Shown: positions 27,299 to 36,229 of the stretch, piece after piece
How the letters are laid out: each line of letters begins with the position of its first letter
Numbering within the stretch: the first letter of the stretch is position 1
DNA from: a virus
Lineage: Duplodnaviria > Caudoviricetes
IMG/VR virus record: IMGVR_UViG_3300026737_000004
Location: 1 to 40,687 of that record
Strand: one strand, 5' to 3'
Length of the DNA stretch: 40,687 bases
The notes under the pieces: generated by a model
What the model saw: the letters and a program-made list of their open reading frames with translations, nothing else
Told to the model about the DNA's origin: nothing
The model's database searches: none
Position numbers and translations under genes: made by a program

Positions 27299-28414
27299 GT
27301 GAAAAACATGAAAATTAATATTAATAAAATCCAAGTTAAAGACCGGATCAGAAAAGAATTTGGGGATATAGAAGAGCTTGCTGCAGATATTAAGAAAAAT
27401 GGACTCATTAATCCAATTACAGTTGTTGAAATTAATAACAAATATAGATTAATTGCAGGCGAAAGAAGATTGAGAGCTTGCAGAAGTCTAGGTAAAGAAA
27501 AAGTAAAAGTTAATGAAATATCTGTTGACGATGCTGAGCAGGCTTTAAGAATTGAAATTGCAGAGAATGAAAACAGAAAAGATTTCACTTTTAGCGAAAG
27601 ACTAGAATGGGCTGAAAAGATTGAAGAGATTGAGAAAGAGAAGGCTAGAAAAAGAAAAAAGGTTGCTTTAACTCAAAACACCGACCCGGAAAATTTTCCG
27701 GAACGGGAAAAGGGCGATTCTAGAGATAAGGTAGCTCAAAAAGCTGGTTTTGGCAGCGGAAGGAATTATTCCAAGGCTAAATTTATTGGCAAAAATGCTG
27801 ATGAAGAATTAATAAAAGAACTTGATGAAGAACAGATCAGTATTCATGGGGCTTACCAAAAACTAAAAAAAGAAAAAGAGCAGCTGGAAAAGAAAAAGGA
27901 GATGCTTGAGCAACGAGCTGAGCGGATTGGTGAGATGTATGAAAAAGAAAAAAGGGAAAAAGAAGAACTTGAAAGAAAAGAGCCGGAAGTAATCGAAAGA
28001 GTTGAAGAAGTTGAGGTTGTGCCGGAGGATGTTCAAAAAGAGATTGATGAGCTCAGAGAAAGAGCCGGAGACTTAGAAGAATATAAAGCTGATATCAAAA
28101 ACTATAGAGAAAAGAAGAAAAAAGTCGATGAAGAATTAAATGAACTTCTGGAATACAAAAGGAGATTAAAAGAAGAAAACGAGCTAATAGCCAAAAGGGC
28201 AGAAATTGTTCAAGGTGTCAGAAGCAAGATTAATAAAATTATTGATGAAAAAGGAAGCCTGGAGCAGCTGCTAAAAAAAGATGTTGAGTTAAGAAGTGTT
28301 GATCTATATAACATCAATGAAATGGCTGATTCTTTAACTGAAATAGCTCAACTCATTTACGAATATGTAAATTCCCAAAATCAAAATAAGGAAGGTGAGA
28401 TAGTAGATGTCTAG
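27299..28414 (+). CDS. ParB/Spo0J N-terminal domain protein with HTH and long coiled coil (start may be ATG 27308)
   Basis: IEELAADIKKNGLINPITV, LIAGERRLRA, ENENRKDFT. Confidence 0.85.
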   Translation: MKNMKININKIQVKDRIRKEFGDIEELAADIKKNGLINPITVVEINNKYRLIAGERRLRACRSLGKEKVKVNEISVDDAEQALRIEIAENENRKDFTFSERLEWAEKIEEIEKEKARKRKKVALTQNTDPENFPEREKGDSRDKVAQKAGFGSGRNYSKAKFIGKNADEELIKELDEEQISIHGAYQKLKKEKEQLEKKKEMLEQRAERIGEMYEKEKREKEELERKEPEVIERVEEVEVVPEDVQKEIDELRERAGDLEEYKADIKNYREKKKKVDEELNELLEYKRRLKEENELIAKRAEIVQGVRSKINKIIDEKGSLEQLLKKDVELRSVDLYNINEMADSLTEIAQLIYEYVNSQNQNKEGEIVDV

Positions 28415-29066
28415 CACTTATGAGATTATTCAAAAACAGCGCAAAGAGAGAAACCTGCTGCAGAGAGAAAAAGAAGCTGAAGAAAGATATTTACCGGTCC
28501 TTGAAATGACTCTCAGAGATACCTGCAGGACTAAAATAGGTAGACAAAATTACAGAAGCATTGCCAGTCAGCTAAATAGCTGGATTAAAAGTCTATCAAA
28601 AGAGCAAAAAAGAAACAAATTATTTTTTGTTGAATTAGACACCGCCATTGAAGAATTCAAAAGTCATGTTTTAGAAAAGTATAAATCAAATAAAAGCCAG
28701 AGAAATAAATTTGAGTCATTATTTTCTCAAGAAGGTTACATTAAAGATTGTCGAAGAATTTTGGCTCACAAAATCTACGATTATAAAACTGATCAGTCAT
28801 TAAATAATCCTGATAATGGTTTTTTGAGTGCTACAGCTTATAGAGTTGCTATGACTAATCATTTAGAAAGGGAGCTTAGAAAGCTGGCTCATGAAGGAAT
28901 GGCTTCCACAATTAAGAAATTGAATGCTCCCAGACTACCAGATGATATAGAAAAAATGGTTATAGATAATTTTAAAAGATTATTTGTTAACTATTTAGAT
29001 GAATTTATGAGCGTCCAAAAGCAAAATTTATTATCTGATTCAGACAGACCGGACTTGCTAAATTAA
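28407..29066 (+). CDS. Hypothetical protein coupled to the ParB-like gene
   Basis: 219-aa ORF with overlapping start and GAAGGTGA RBS. Confidence 0.75.
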   Translation: MSSTYEIIQKQRKERNLLQREKEAEERYLPVLEMTLRDTCRTKIGRQNYRSIASQLNSWIKSLSKEQKRNKLFFVELDTAIEEFKSHVLEKYKSNKSQRNKFESLFSQEGYIKDCRRILAHKIYDYKTDQSLNNPDNGFLSATAYRVAMTNHLERELRKLAHEGMASTIKKLNAPRLPDDIEKMVIDNFKRLFVNYLDEFMSVQKQNLLSDSDRPDLLN

Positions 29067-29076
29067 GGAGGAAATA

Positions 29077-29415
29077 ATGGATATATTAGATTTTGAAATA
29101 ACCACAGATGAAATTCAAGCAGTTGGAATGGTTGAAAAAGTTAATGTATTTTTAAAAGAAAATGATATTTTGCAGCTAGATAATTTTGAATTTAAAAATG
29201 CCACTAGAATAGAACTTGATAAATACAAGGATTGCGACGGATTTAATAGAGCTTATATTTATGAAGGCGAAAATCAAATCGGATTACTCAGAGTAGAAAA
29301 CAGACTTTTTTTAGAAAAGATTGCCGACGTAACAAATAAAGATACTGGAGATAAAGGCAGGTTAATTAATTTAACAGAAAATAAATTTGAAATTAACGAG
29401 TTAAATGAAATCTAG
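29077..29415 (+). CDS. Hypothetical protein
   Basis: AAGGAGG RBS, 112 aa. Confidence 0.75.
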   Translation: MDILDFEITTDEIQAVGMVEKVNVFLKENDILQLDNFEFKNATRIELDKYKDCDGFNRAYIYEGENQIGLLRVENRLFLEKIADVTNKDTGDKGRLINLTENKFEINELNEI

Positions 29416-29701
29416 GCAGGTGAGAAAATTGGGTATAACTATTAAGGCTAGAGAAATTTTAAAAGAAAAGATAGAAGAAGAGAGAATGAAGCTCCCTTTT
29501 GCTTTAACTGCTAATCATTTATCTGAACTTTTGGGAATCAGCAAAAGAAAAGTTTATGATGCATTAGCAGCTGGAGATATACCAGGGGCTAAGAAAATCA
29601 ATCAGTCCTGGCGGGTGCCGAGAGATACGTTTTTAAGTTGGTTTTATGGAGAAGAAGTAATAAATAAAAAGCCGTTTAAAGATATGAGGAGGGTAAAATA
29701 A
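29405..29701 (+). CDS. xis: Excisionase-like HTH_17 DNA-binding protein (start may be TTG 29429)
   Basis: LTANHLSELLGISKRKVYD....GDIPGAKKI..SWRVPR. Confidence 0.8.
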   Translation: MKSRQVRKLGITIKAREILKEKIEEERMKLPFALTANHLSELLGISKRKVYDALAAGDIPGAKKINQSWRVPRDTFLSWFYGEEVINKKPFKDMRRVK

Positions 29702-29926
29702 ATGGAAGAAGTTTTAATCAAAATGTTCAAAAATTTCAACAAACAATCTAAAGTCACTTACTATGTTGATCCAGTCGAAAAAGAAGTTAGATATTCAGAC
29801 GGAAAGCACTCACATCCAATTACTGAGGTAGAGCTGGTAGAAAGTGCTGCAGATACCGGAGAAGGAATTATATTCTTAGAGGCTGGGGATAGTATTAAGT
29901 TAACGGCTGCTGGCCCGGAGGTGTAG
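29702..29926 (+). CDS. Hypothetical protein
   Basis: GAGGAGG RBS, abuts xis. Confidence 0.7.
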   Translation: MEEVLIKMFKNFNKQSKVTYYVDPVEKEVRYSDGKHSHPITEVELVESAADTGEGIIFLEAGDSIKLTAAGPEV

Positions 29927-29929
29927 ATA

Positions 29930-30067
29930 ATGACAAAATTAGAACAAATAAAGAATCAATTAGAACTGGCGAAAAATAAAAAAGTTACTGAAAGCCTTGA
30001 AGAATGGATGGAAGGCTATATAGACGGACTAAAAAGAGCAATTGAAATTATAGAGGAGGAAAACTAA
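29930..30067 (+). CDS. Small hypothetical protein (45 aa, not in ORF track)
   Basis: GGAGG RBS; MTKLEQIKNQ...IIEEEN; stop overlaps the next ATG. Confidence 0.65.
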   Translation: MTKLEQIKNQLELAKNKKVTESLEEWMEGYIDGLKRAIEIIEEEN

Positions 30068-30288
30068 TGCCAATTTTAAACTTAATAGCGAGGGGCATCA
30101 TAATAATTGGATGGTTATTCATTATATTTGTGGCTGCTCCTCTCTTTTTTGCAGACTGCAGAAGTTATTGGGAAGAATACAGAAAAAGCTCAACTGAGGG
30201 CAAATCAGCTGAGCAAGTTAAGAAAAAACAATCTAACTATAATATATCAGAATTTAGAAATATTAACAACCTGGAGCGATGGAAATGA
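30067..30288 (+). CDS. Small membrane protein
   Basis: GAGGAGG RBS; N-terminal TM. Confidence 0.65.
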   Translation: MPILNLIARGIIIIGWLFIIFVAAPLFFADCRSYWEEYRKSSTEGKSAEQVKKKQSNYNISEFRNINNLERWK

Positions 30289-30653
30289 TGACAATTAATA
30301 AAAAAATAGCATTTAGCTTTATGATCATGATTCTATCAATTGGAATTGCGGCCGGAACTGTTTTAACAGCCGACGAATATTTGGATAATCTCGTATCAAA
30401 TGAGCAGACGATTGAGATTAAGATACAAAAGGCTATTGAAAAGAAGATTGACGAGAAAGAGGCAAATATGGAACTTTATGAGGCAATTTATTTTGATAAG
30501 GAATTAGGCCAGACAATGTATTTCTTTTTCAGGTCTGATGATAATCCATTCTGGCGGGCAAATGAAATACTGGAGAAAGAAAAGATTAAGTTTAGCAATC
30601 TGAGGTTGAGAAAATCAAAACTATTAGAGGAGGAAAGACCTAATGAAAATTAA
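30279..30653 (+). CDS. Hypothetical protein with N-terminal TM/signal
   Basis: Hydrophobic N-terminus; operon packing. Confidence 0.65.
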   Translation: MEMMTINKKIAFSFMIMILSIGIAAGTVLTADEYLDNLVSNEQTIEIKIQKAIEKKIDEKEANMELYEAIYFDKELGQTMYFFFRSDDNPFWRANEILEKEKIKFSNLRLRKSKLLEEERPNEN

Positions 30654-31197
30654 AAAAGCAATTAAGGAATTAAAGAAAGGCGATCTACACTGCTGGAGGG
30701 AAGATAAAAAAACTTACTGGGTAACAGACTCTTTTTTGTTAGTCAAAATGAACCAGAAACAGTTTAATTTTTTCAAGAGTAAATATTCATCTCTTAAAAG
30801 AAATGCTTATATTCCTGATTTAGAAGTTGGAGAAAAATGTTCGACTTTTGGAACGATGTTAAATGATGGTGGCCCGGATTTTGAAAAATTATTTGCAACT
30901 CTAGATAAATATAGGCCAGCTGAAGTATCGGACTTTATATTTGACAATGACAAAAGAATTTATCATTCAGGCGTTTTTGTGAGTGTGATTTCAGAAAAAT
31001 ATTATCAAATATTTGAAGAACATGAGTGCGAAATCAATAGTGAAAACAAAAGATTTACACCTGTTGCATTTTATAAAAATAATGGTGAATTAGTCGGGAT
31101 GGTTGGCCCAATAGAATTAAAGTTAGACGAAAAAGAAAGACTACATTCCGGGTTAGATGCTCTTTTAAAATCATTTGAAGGTGACACAAGGGGTTGA
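30643..31197 (+). CDS. Hypothetical protein upstream of the replication initiator
   Basis: GAGGAGG RBS, 184 aa. Confidence 0.75.
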   Translation: MKIKKAIKELKKGDLHCWREDKKTYWVTDSFLLVKMNQKQFNFFKSKYSSLKRNAYIPDLEVGEKCSTFGTMLNDGGPDFEKLFATLDKYRPAEVSDFIFDNDKRIYHSGVFVSVISEKYYQIFEEHECEINSENKRFTPVAFYKNNGELVGMVGPIELKLDEKERLHSGLDALLKSFEGDTRG

Positions 31198-31204
31198 TGA
31201 CTAG

Positions 31205-32014
31205 ATGGCTAGGCCACAAAAATCAGGGATAGATTACTTCACTATAGACACCAACATGGAAGACAAAATTAAACTTGTAGAGGCTAAATATGGCTTAGAA
31301 GGATTCGGGTTTTTGATTAAACTCTGGCAGAAAATTTACAGCCAGAAGTATTACATCGACTGGACAGAGGAAATCCAATTACTATTCAGTAGCGAGGTTA
31401 ATGTCAACATTAACAAGATTAATGACATCATTAACGATTGTGTCAAATGGGGCGTTTTTAACCAGGAACTTTTTGAAAAACACAATATATTAACCAGTCA
31501 CGGAATCCAGTTAAGATATAAGGAAGCCACCTATAGACGCAAAAAAGTGGAGATGAAAGAGGATTATTTGCTGCTAAAAGATGATGAAATTAACTCAAAT
31601 ATAGTTAATGAGAACAATAACCCGATTAATGATAACAAAAACCTAAAAAATGATGACAAAAGTACACAAAGTAAAGTAAAGGAAAGTAAAGTAAAGGAAA
31701 GTAAAGTAAAAGAAGAAGAGAAAGAGAAATCTGAATCTGAAAAGTTATTCACAAAAAATGTGGATAAGTTCGAAAAATACCTGCAGCAAATGTCAGAGGC
31801 AGTAATTTTAAAAGCCTGCAAGATTTCAGCCGAAAAAGATAAACCCCTGGCATATTGTAGAGCAGTATTAAACGACTGGACCCAGAAAGGAATTGAAGAT
31901 ATTGACGATCTTAAGACAGCTGCTAAAAATGCTAAAAATAAAGACAGTCCTGATAATTGCGACTACAAGTGGAAAGACCATTTTATAGAAGATTGGGATA
32001 GATTTAAGGAGTGA
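31205..32014 (+). CDS. Replication initiator (DUF4373-like N-terminus, DnaD-like C-terminus)
   Basis: MARPQKSGIDYF...KYGLEG...LTSHGIQ.RY; SKVKE repeats; YCRAVLNDW..KGI. Confidence 0.85.
   Translation: MARPQKSGIDYFTIDTNMEDKIKLVEAKYGLEGFGFLIKLWQKIYSQKYYIDWTEEIQLLFSSEVNVNINKINDIINDCVKWGVFNQELFEKHNILTSHGIQLRYKEATYRRKKVEMKEDYLLLKDDEINSNIVNENNNPINDNKNLKNDDKSTQSKVKESKVKESKVKEEEKEKSESEKLFTKNVDKFEKYLQQMSEAVILKACKISAEKDKPLAYCRAVLNDWTQKGIEDIDDLKTAAKNAKNKDSPDNCDYKWKDHFIEDWDRFKE
31398..31712 (+). repeat. Candidate replication origin: iterons with 21-bp period plus 15-bp tandem repeats
   Basis: AATG-N3-(A/T)CA units at 31400/31421 and 31607/31628/31649; AAAGTAAAGTAAA(G/A)G x3 at 31668-31712. Confidence 0.6.
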
Positions 32015-32018
32015 GAAA

Positions 32019-32231
32019 ATGAAACCAGTGATAGTGAATGGGAATGTTGATCAGGTAACTAAAGATGATATGGCAGATTTGATTAAGAGCGTGAAGCGGG
32101 AAAATGAAGGTAAAAGAATTAAACTTGCTGGCCCGGTCATTGAAAGAGCGCTGGAAAGTGCTAATTATACAGACTTTGAGATAGAACTCAGCGAAACCAT
32201 TAATCAGATTAAACTAGAAATAAAGGTGTGA
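32019..32231 (+). CDS. Hypothetical protein
   Basis: AAGGAG RBS. Confidence 0.65.
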   Translation: MKPVIVNGNVDQVTKDDMADLIKSVKRENEGKRIKLAGPVIERALESANYTDFEIELSETINQIKLEIKV

Positions 32232-32560
32232 TTAATATGGGGTGGACTATGGCAGATGCGGTTAAAACTGCTAAAGCTGCAGCCAAATGGAGTGGACAAA
32301 AAGATTTATCTTATAGAACCTATAAGCGATACAAGAAAGAATTTGGAGGTCCGAGCATAGGCTTTATAACGAAAAAGCTAAAATGGACAGAATTCAAGAG
32401 TGAATATCTTGGCGTTGAAAAGATAAGCGCTAGAGAAAGAATGCTTAAGAAGCTCGAAAATGATTTTTGCGGTCATTGTAGAGAAAAAGACAGCTGTAAA
32501 ATAGAACTTGAAAATTGTGATCACTGGGAATATTGGAAGAATCAAAGAAATACAGGCTAA
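32228..32560 (+). CDS. Hypothetical protein with Cys-rich C-terminus
   Basis: CGHC....C......C; PS...I..K..W resembles a homing-endonuclease-associated repeat. Confidence 0.65.
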   Translation: MINMGWTMADAVKTAKAAAKWSGQKDLSYRTYKRYKKEFGGPSIGFITKKLKWTEFKSEYLGVEKISARERMLKKLENDFCGHCREKDSCKIELENCDHWEYWKNQRNTG

Positions 32561-32574
32561 AATAGGAGGTTGAC

Positions 32575-32697
32575 ATGAATCTTGATCATATCAAAGAAAA
32601 GTTAAGCAAAGAGAATCCAGGACTGCCAAAGTCAGTAATTGATGACATAGTCGAGGAAAAGTATAAAAAGCTGAAAGAGGAAGAAGATGGACAGTAG
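32575..32697 (+). CDS. Small hypothetical protein (40 aa, not in ORF track)
   Basis: AGGAGG RBS; MNLDHIKEKLSKENPGLPK... Confidence 0.6.
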   Translation: MNLDHIKEKLSKENPGLPKSVIDDIVEEKYKKLKEEEDGQ

Positions 32698-32771
32698 TAT
32701 TGTGTTTTGGATATTTATAATTCGGTTTATAGCGAGATTTACAGAATTCAGAAAATAAGAAAGGGATAAAT

Positions 32772-32972
32772 ATGAAAGTTAAAGATTTGAGAAATTTGTT
32801 AGGAGAATATAACCAAGAAGCTGAAATTTCAATATTAATTGCCAACAAAAAGCAAGAGATAAGATCAATATTATTTGGCGGCGCTGAAGGTTCAACTATG
32901 GAGACTGCTGAGGATGTTTTGATTGAGCCTGGTAATTCTAGAAATAGGCATGAGGAGGTCAATAATGGTTAA
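32772..32972 (+). CDS. Hypothetical protein
   Basis: MKVKDLRNLL..Y..EAEI, a common phage small-protein pattern. Confidence 0.65.
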   Translation: MKVKDLRNLLGEYNQEAEISILIANKKQEIRSILFGGAEGSTMETAEDVLIEPGNSRNRHEEVNNG

Positions 32973-33219
32973 CTGGGAATGCAAGAACTGCAGAAAAGAA
33001 ACTGATCATCGAATTAAAGAAACTGAACTAGAAAGCTATTCTGATTACAAAATATTAATTTGCCAGGAGTGCGGCGAGAAAGAAATGATACCAGAAAAGG
33101 TGCTAAAGAATGATAAAGATCAAGGTACTGCAGTTGAAGAAAATAAAGTTGCATCTGATGGTGGGTTTGATAGGGAAGTAGACCCAGATTGTGAAAGTGG
33201 AATTTGTGGAGCCAGATAG
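32965..33219 (+). CDS. Zn-ribbon hypothetical protein (start ATG 32965)
   Basis: GAGGAGG RBS; CKNC...CQEC; C-terminal CESGIC. Confidence 0.65.
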   Translation: MVNWECKNCRKETDHRIKETELESYSDYKILICQECGEKEMIPEKVLKNDKDQGTAVEENKVASDGGFDREVDPDCESGICGAR

Positions 33220-33228
33220 GAGGAAATA

Positions 33229-33519
33229 ATGAAAATAGAAAAATTAGATTCAATAAATGACCCCTGGCATTTAGAAGAATACCAAAGATCAATGTATTAT
33301 ATTTTTGATGTCAGAAACAATGAGGACAAGCTAGTCGCTAGATTTGTAGCTGATGAGGAAACAAAAGATGATTTAAGGGCAATACCTAAGTTAATTTCAA
33401 GAGCTCCTGCAATGAGGAATCTTTTAGAAGGGGTGCTTCAGGATATTCAAATGGCTAATGCAGTTCAGGCTGATACTTTTGAAACTATAGAGGCTTTGCT
33501 TAAGGAAGTGGAGGTATGA
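33229..33519 (+). CDS. Hypothetical protein
   Basis: AGGAGG RBS; LISRAPAM motif. Confidence 0.7.
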   Translation: MKIEKLDSINDPWHLEEYQRSMYYIFDVRNNEDKLVARFVADEETKDDLRAIPKLISRAPAMRNLLEGVLQDIQMANAVQADTFETIEALLKEVEV

Positions 33520-33522
33520 TTA

Positions 33523-33750
33523 ATGAAAATAATTATTAAAAAAATAACAGCGGTCACTTATGATCAACAATCTTATCAGAATCCTATTGACATAATGGTA
33601 GATCATCACGAAGTTGATTATTTGGTTATAGTTAATGGCAAAACTCAATTGAAAGGTAAAATTAATACCAATATGAAGAATAAGACTTTTGATGATTTAA
33701 AAATTGAGATAAAAAATAATTTAGAAAAGGATATTTTGGGCTATGAATAA
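33523..33750 (+). CDS. Hypothetical protein
   Basis: GGAGG RBS. Confidence 0.65.
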   Translation: MKIIIKKITAVTYDQQSYQNPIDIMVDHHEVDYLVIVNGKTQLKGKINTNMKNKTFDDLKIEIKNNLEKDILGYE

Positions 33751-33883
33751 ATATTATACAACTGGTTTTTGGTGCGGCAAATATAATTGTTGGTGTGAAG
33801 ATGCGCCGGAATTAATGGATAATCAGAATAATTGCAATGGCAACTGTAGTGAATGTGTATTTTGCGAGGAGGTGGAGGTATAA
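33743..33883 (+). CDS. Small Cys-rich protein (46 aa, 7 Cys; not in ORF track)
   Basis: MNKYYTTGFWCGKYNCWCEDAPELMDNQNNCNGNCSECVFCEEVEV; overlaps upstream gene; stop precedes the next ATG. Confidence 0.6.
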   Translation: MNKYYTTGFWCGKYNCWCEDAPELMDNQNNCNGNCSECVFCEEVEV

Positions 33884-33884
33884 G

Positions 33885-34202
33885 ATGGGAGAACATACAC
33901 CAGGACCATGGAAATTACAAGAATGCTATGACGGTAAATATGAAATGACTCATCCAGGGGAAACACTTGAGGAAACTAGATTGATTGGAGTTATTGCGCC
34001 GGCATGTAATATCAAAAATGATGCACCATTAATTGAGGCTGCACCAGATTTATTAGATGTTGCAGAATATAGCCTAAAAATAGTTGAAAACTTACCATGT
34101 GAATGTGATTCTTACAATGGATTCACATGCAAGAAACATGAGTGGGAAAGAAAATTGAGGTTAGTGATTAATAAAGCAAAAAGCAGCAATCAAGATGGGT
34201 AA
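33885..34202 (+). CDS. Hypothetical protein (HTPGPW...LIEAAPDLL family); start ATG 33885
   Basis: GGAGG RBS; widespread phage motif. Confidence 0.7.
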   Translation: MGEHTPGPWKLQECYDGKYEMTHPGETLEETRLIGVIAPACNIKNDAPLIEAAPDLLDVAEYSLKIVENLPCECDSYNGFTCKKHEWERKLRLVINKAKSSNQDG

Positions 34203-34548
34203 GTATATAGAAATGCTTTTATATATGCAGGATGATACCCAGTGGTGCGAGCCGGAGTCTCAAGAAGAAATAGAAAAAAATATGGATATTTTCGAAAAAT
34301 CTAAAATGGCTAGAAGAAAAAGGAGAGGGTCAACGATGGCAAATTATATGGATAAAATTTTATATGATGATGAAGAATATCAGCCTAAAGAATTTTCTAA
34401 AGATGATGTAATTCACGATATTATGTTAGCTGGTTTAGAAAAAATAGCTCAATCAAAATCTCACGAAAAAGCAGTTGAGATAGCAGAGGATAGGTTGGAA
34501 AGAGTTAAGGAAATTAGAGAAAAAGGAGATGGTGAAAATATTAAATAG
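34195..34548 (+). CDS. Hypothetical protein (may start at ATG 34336)
   Basis: ORF; internal AGGAGAGG RBS before ATG 34336. Confidence 0.55.
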   Translation: MGKYIEMLLYMQDDTQWCEPESQEEIEKNMDIFEKSKMARRKRRGSTMANYMDKILYDDEEYQPKEFSKDDVIHDIMLAGLEKIAQSKSHEKAVEIAEDRLERVKEIREKGDGENIK

Positions 34549-35023
34549 AATTGTACTTATTGGAAGACTTACTAAAGATCCTTCGCTCCGCTATACAGAA
34601 AATGGAACCCCGGTCTGTAATTTTACCCTGGCCGTAGAGAGAAATTATACTAACCGTGATGGAGATAGAGATGTTGATTTTATCAATATCGTGACCTGGA
34701 GGGGGCTGGCAGAAAATTGTGCTAGGCACCTGGGAAAAGGGAGACTCGTTGGAGTAGATGGGAGTCTGCAGATTAGAAAGAGCCAAAATAACAACAGAAC
34801 TTATATAAATCCTGAAGTAAATGCAGATAATGTTCGATTCCTGGACTTTGCAAATGATAACAATCAGAGAAAAAATTCACAAGCTAAAGGAAATAAGCAG
34901 CAAAGTAATAATCAGGGACCGGGCCAGCAATCTAATGGCAAAAACCAACAGAGTAACGGCCAGCAAGTAAATGAACAGTATAACGATAACTTTGAGGGGG
35001 ATGATTTCGATGTTCCGTTCTAA
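34529..35023 (+). CDS. ssb: Single-stranded DNA-binding protein
   Basis: NRIVLIGRLTKDP.LRYT.NG..V..FTLAV; Q/N/G linker; acidic DDFDVPF tail. Confidence 0.95.
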   Translation: MVKILNRIVLIGRLTKDPSLRYTENGTPVCNFTLAVERNYTNRDGDRDVDFINIVTWRGLAENCARHLGKGRLVGVDGSLQIRKSQNNNRTYINPEVNADNVRFLDFANDNNQRKNSQAKGNKQQSNNQGPGQQSNGKNQQSNGQQVNEQYNDNFEGDDFDVPF

Positions 35024-35249
35024 GCAAAACCCAAAACCAATATATATAGTGCTAGATTATCAAAAAAGAGCCGGTGAAAAACCAGTAATATATTCTATGG
35101 GAATAGTAAAAGCTGGAAATTCCTATAAAGCAAAAATTAAGTATGCGAAAAGAATAGATAAAAAAGAATGTGAAGCTGCTAGATTTACAACTGTTAGGCC
35201 AGAAGAGGTAGGTTTTGTATCTCTTTGGGATTTAAAAAATCCGAATTAA
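35010..35249 (+). CDS. Hypothetical protein (start probably ATG 35010)
   Basis: GAGGGG RBS; overlaps the ssb end. Confidence 0.6.
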   Translation: MFRSKQNPKPIYIVLDYQKRAGEKPVIYSMGIVKAGNSYKAKIKYAKRIDKKECEAARFTTVRPEEVGFVSLWDLKNPN

Positions 35250-35264
35250 ATAGAAGGTGTTGAA

Positions 35265-35396
35265 ATGAACTCAAAAGTAATCAGAAAAAAGTTTGGAATA
35301 CTTATCATAAACGGAATCAAAATGAGGTCACCGACAACAATAGAACATGATCGCCCGGGCCAGCTAAAAATAATCTATATACCAGAAAAAGTTTAA
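35265..35396 (+). CDS. Small hypothetical protein (43 aa, not in ORF track)
   Basis: GAAGGTG RBS; MNSKVIRKKFGILIINGIK... Confidence 0.55.
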   Translation: MNSKVIRKKFGILIINGIKMRSPTTIEHDRPGQLKIIYIPEKV

Positions 35397-35513
35397 GAAT
35401 TTTTGTGCCCGGCATTGGAGGATTGGAGCAATAAAAAATGTTTACTTTCTCTAATTCTAACAGTTGAGTGGGCTCCAACTAGACATTGCTCCAATTTTCC
35501 AGAAAGGAGGCAG

Positions 35514-35774
35514 ATGAAAGATTATTATATTTGCGAGATAAAAGATTGTGATGAACAAATCAGAAAAGGAACGCTTTGCCACTATCACAGCTCAATAACT
35601 AACCGGCCATGTGCCTGGTATTATCATAAAGAACTAGGGACAGCTGCAGTTGAGTGGTGTGATAAGAAAGTAGAAAGGTTTGATGATGTTAACTGCGAAG
35701 GATGTAAAGACTATATAGATCCGAAAGATGGAATAAAAATAATTGAGAGACTAACTGGCCTTAATCAAGGGTGA
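35514..35774 (+). CDS. Cys/His-rich hypothetical protein (start ATG 35514)
   Basis: AAGGAGG RBS; CEIKDC......LCHYH; CEGC. Confidence 0.65.
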   Translation: MKDYYICEIKDCDEQIRKGTLCHYHSSITNRPCAWYYHKELGTAAVEWCDKKVERFDDVNCEGCKDYIDPKDGIKIIERLTGLNQG

Positions 35775-35804
35775 TGGCCCGGGCCAGCAGGAAGGAGCAG
35801 AGAA

Positions 35805-35960
35805 ATGAAGAAATGCCCTGAATGTGGAGTAATGTATGCAGAAGAAGATGGTAGAGGAGGTGTCTGCCGTAGATGTTATGAAAGACAGCAAACTGGAAGT
35901 ATGGAAAAAGACATGAGTTGGTTTGCCCAACGAGCGGGCCAGCCTGAAAAGAAATTTTAA
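35805..35960 (+). CDS. Small Zn-finger protein (51 aa, not in ORF track)
   Basis: GAAGGAG RBS; MKKCPECG...CRRC. Confidence 0.65.
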   Translation: MKKCPECGVMYAEEDGRGGVCRRCYERQQTGSMEKDMSWFAQRAGQPEKKF

Positions 35961-36064
35961 GCTAACTGGAAGCTAAGACCTTAAGAACTTAAGATCTTCC
36001 CCCGGCCGGTCTTGAACTGAGGTCTTATTAAACAGAGAGCGATATATTAGAGGGTGAAAATTAA

Positions 36065-36229
36065 ATGAGCAAAATCAAGAAAAGAATACCTTGCCCAAAT
36101 CCATATTGTGATCCAGAAGAAGGTTGTTGTATTTGTGAATATACAAATCATATCTATGTATTTGTAGAAAATAAAGATGATGAAGTAAAATTTAATTTTG
36201 ATGTTGAAGGAGGCAGAAATGATATTTAG
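36065..36229 (+). CDS. Small Cys-rich protein (54 aa, not in ORF track)
   Basis: GAGGGTGA RBS; CPNPYC.....CCIC. Confidence 0.6.
   Translation: MSKIKKRIPCPNPYCDPEEGCCICEYTNHIYVFVENKDDEVKFNFDVEGGRNDI

Noticed and set aside
31668-31712. Tandem repeat as contingency locus or CRISPR
   Set aside because: In-frame 15-bp units encoding the SKVKE linker common in phage initiators.
35403-35513. N-terminal extension of the Cys-rich ORF from TTG 35403
   Set aside because: The strong RBS precedes ATG 35514, and the upstream stretch is better explained as structured non-coding sequence.
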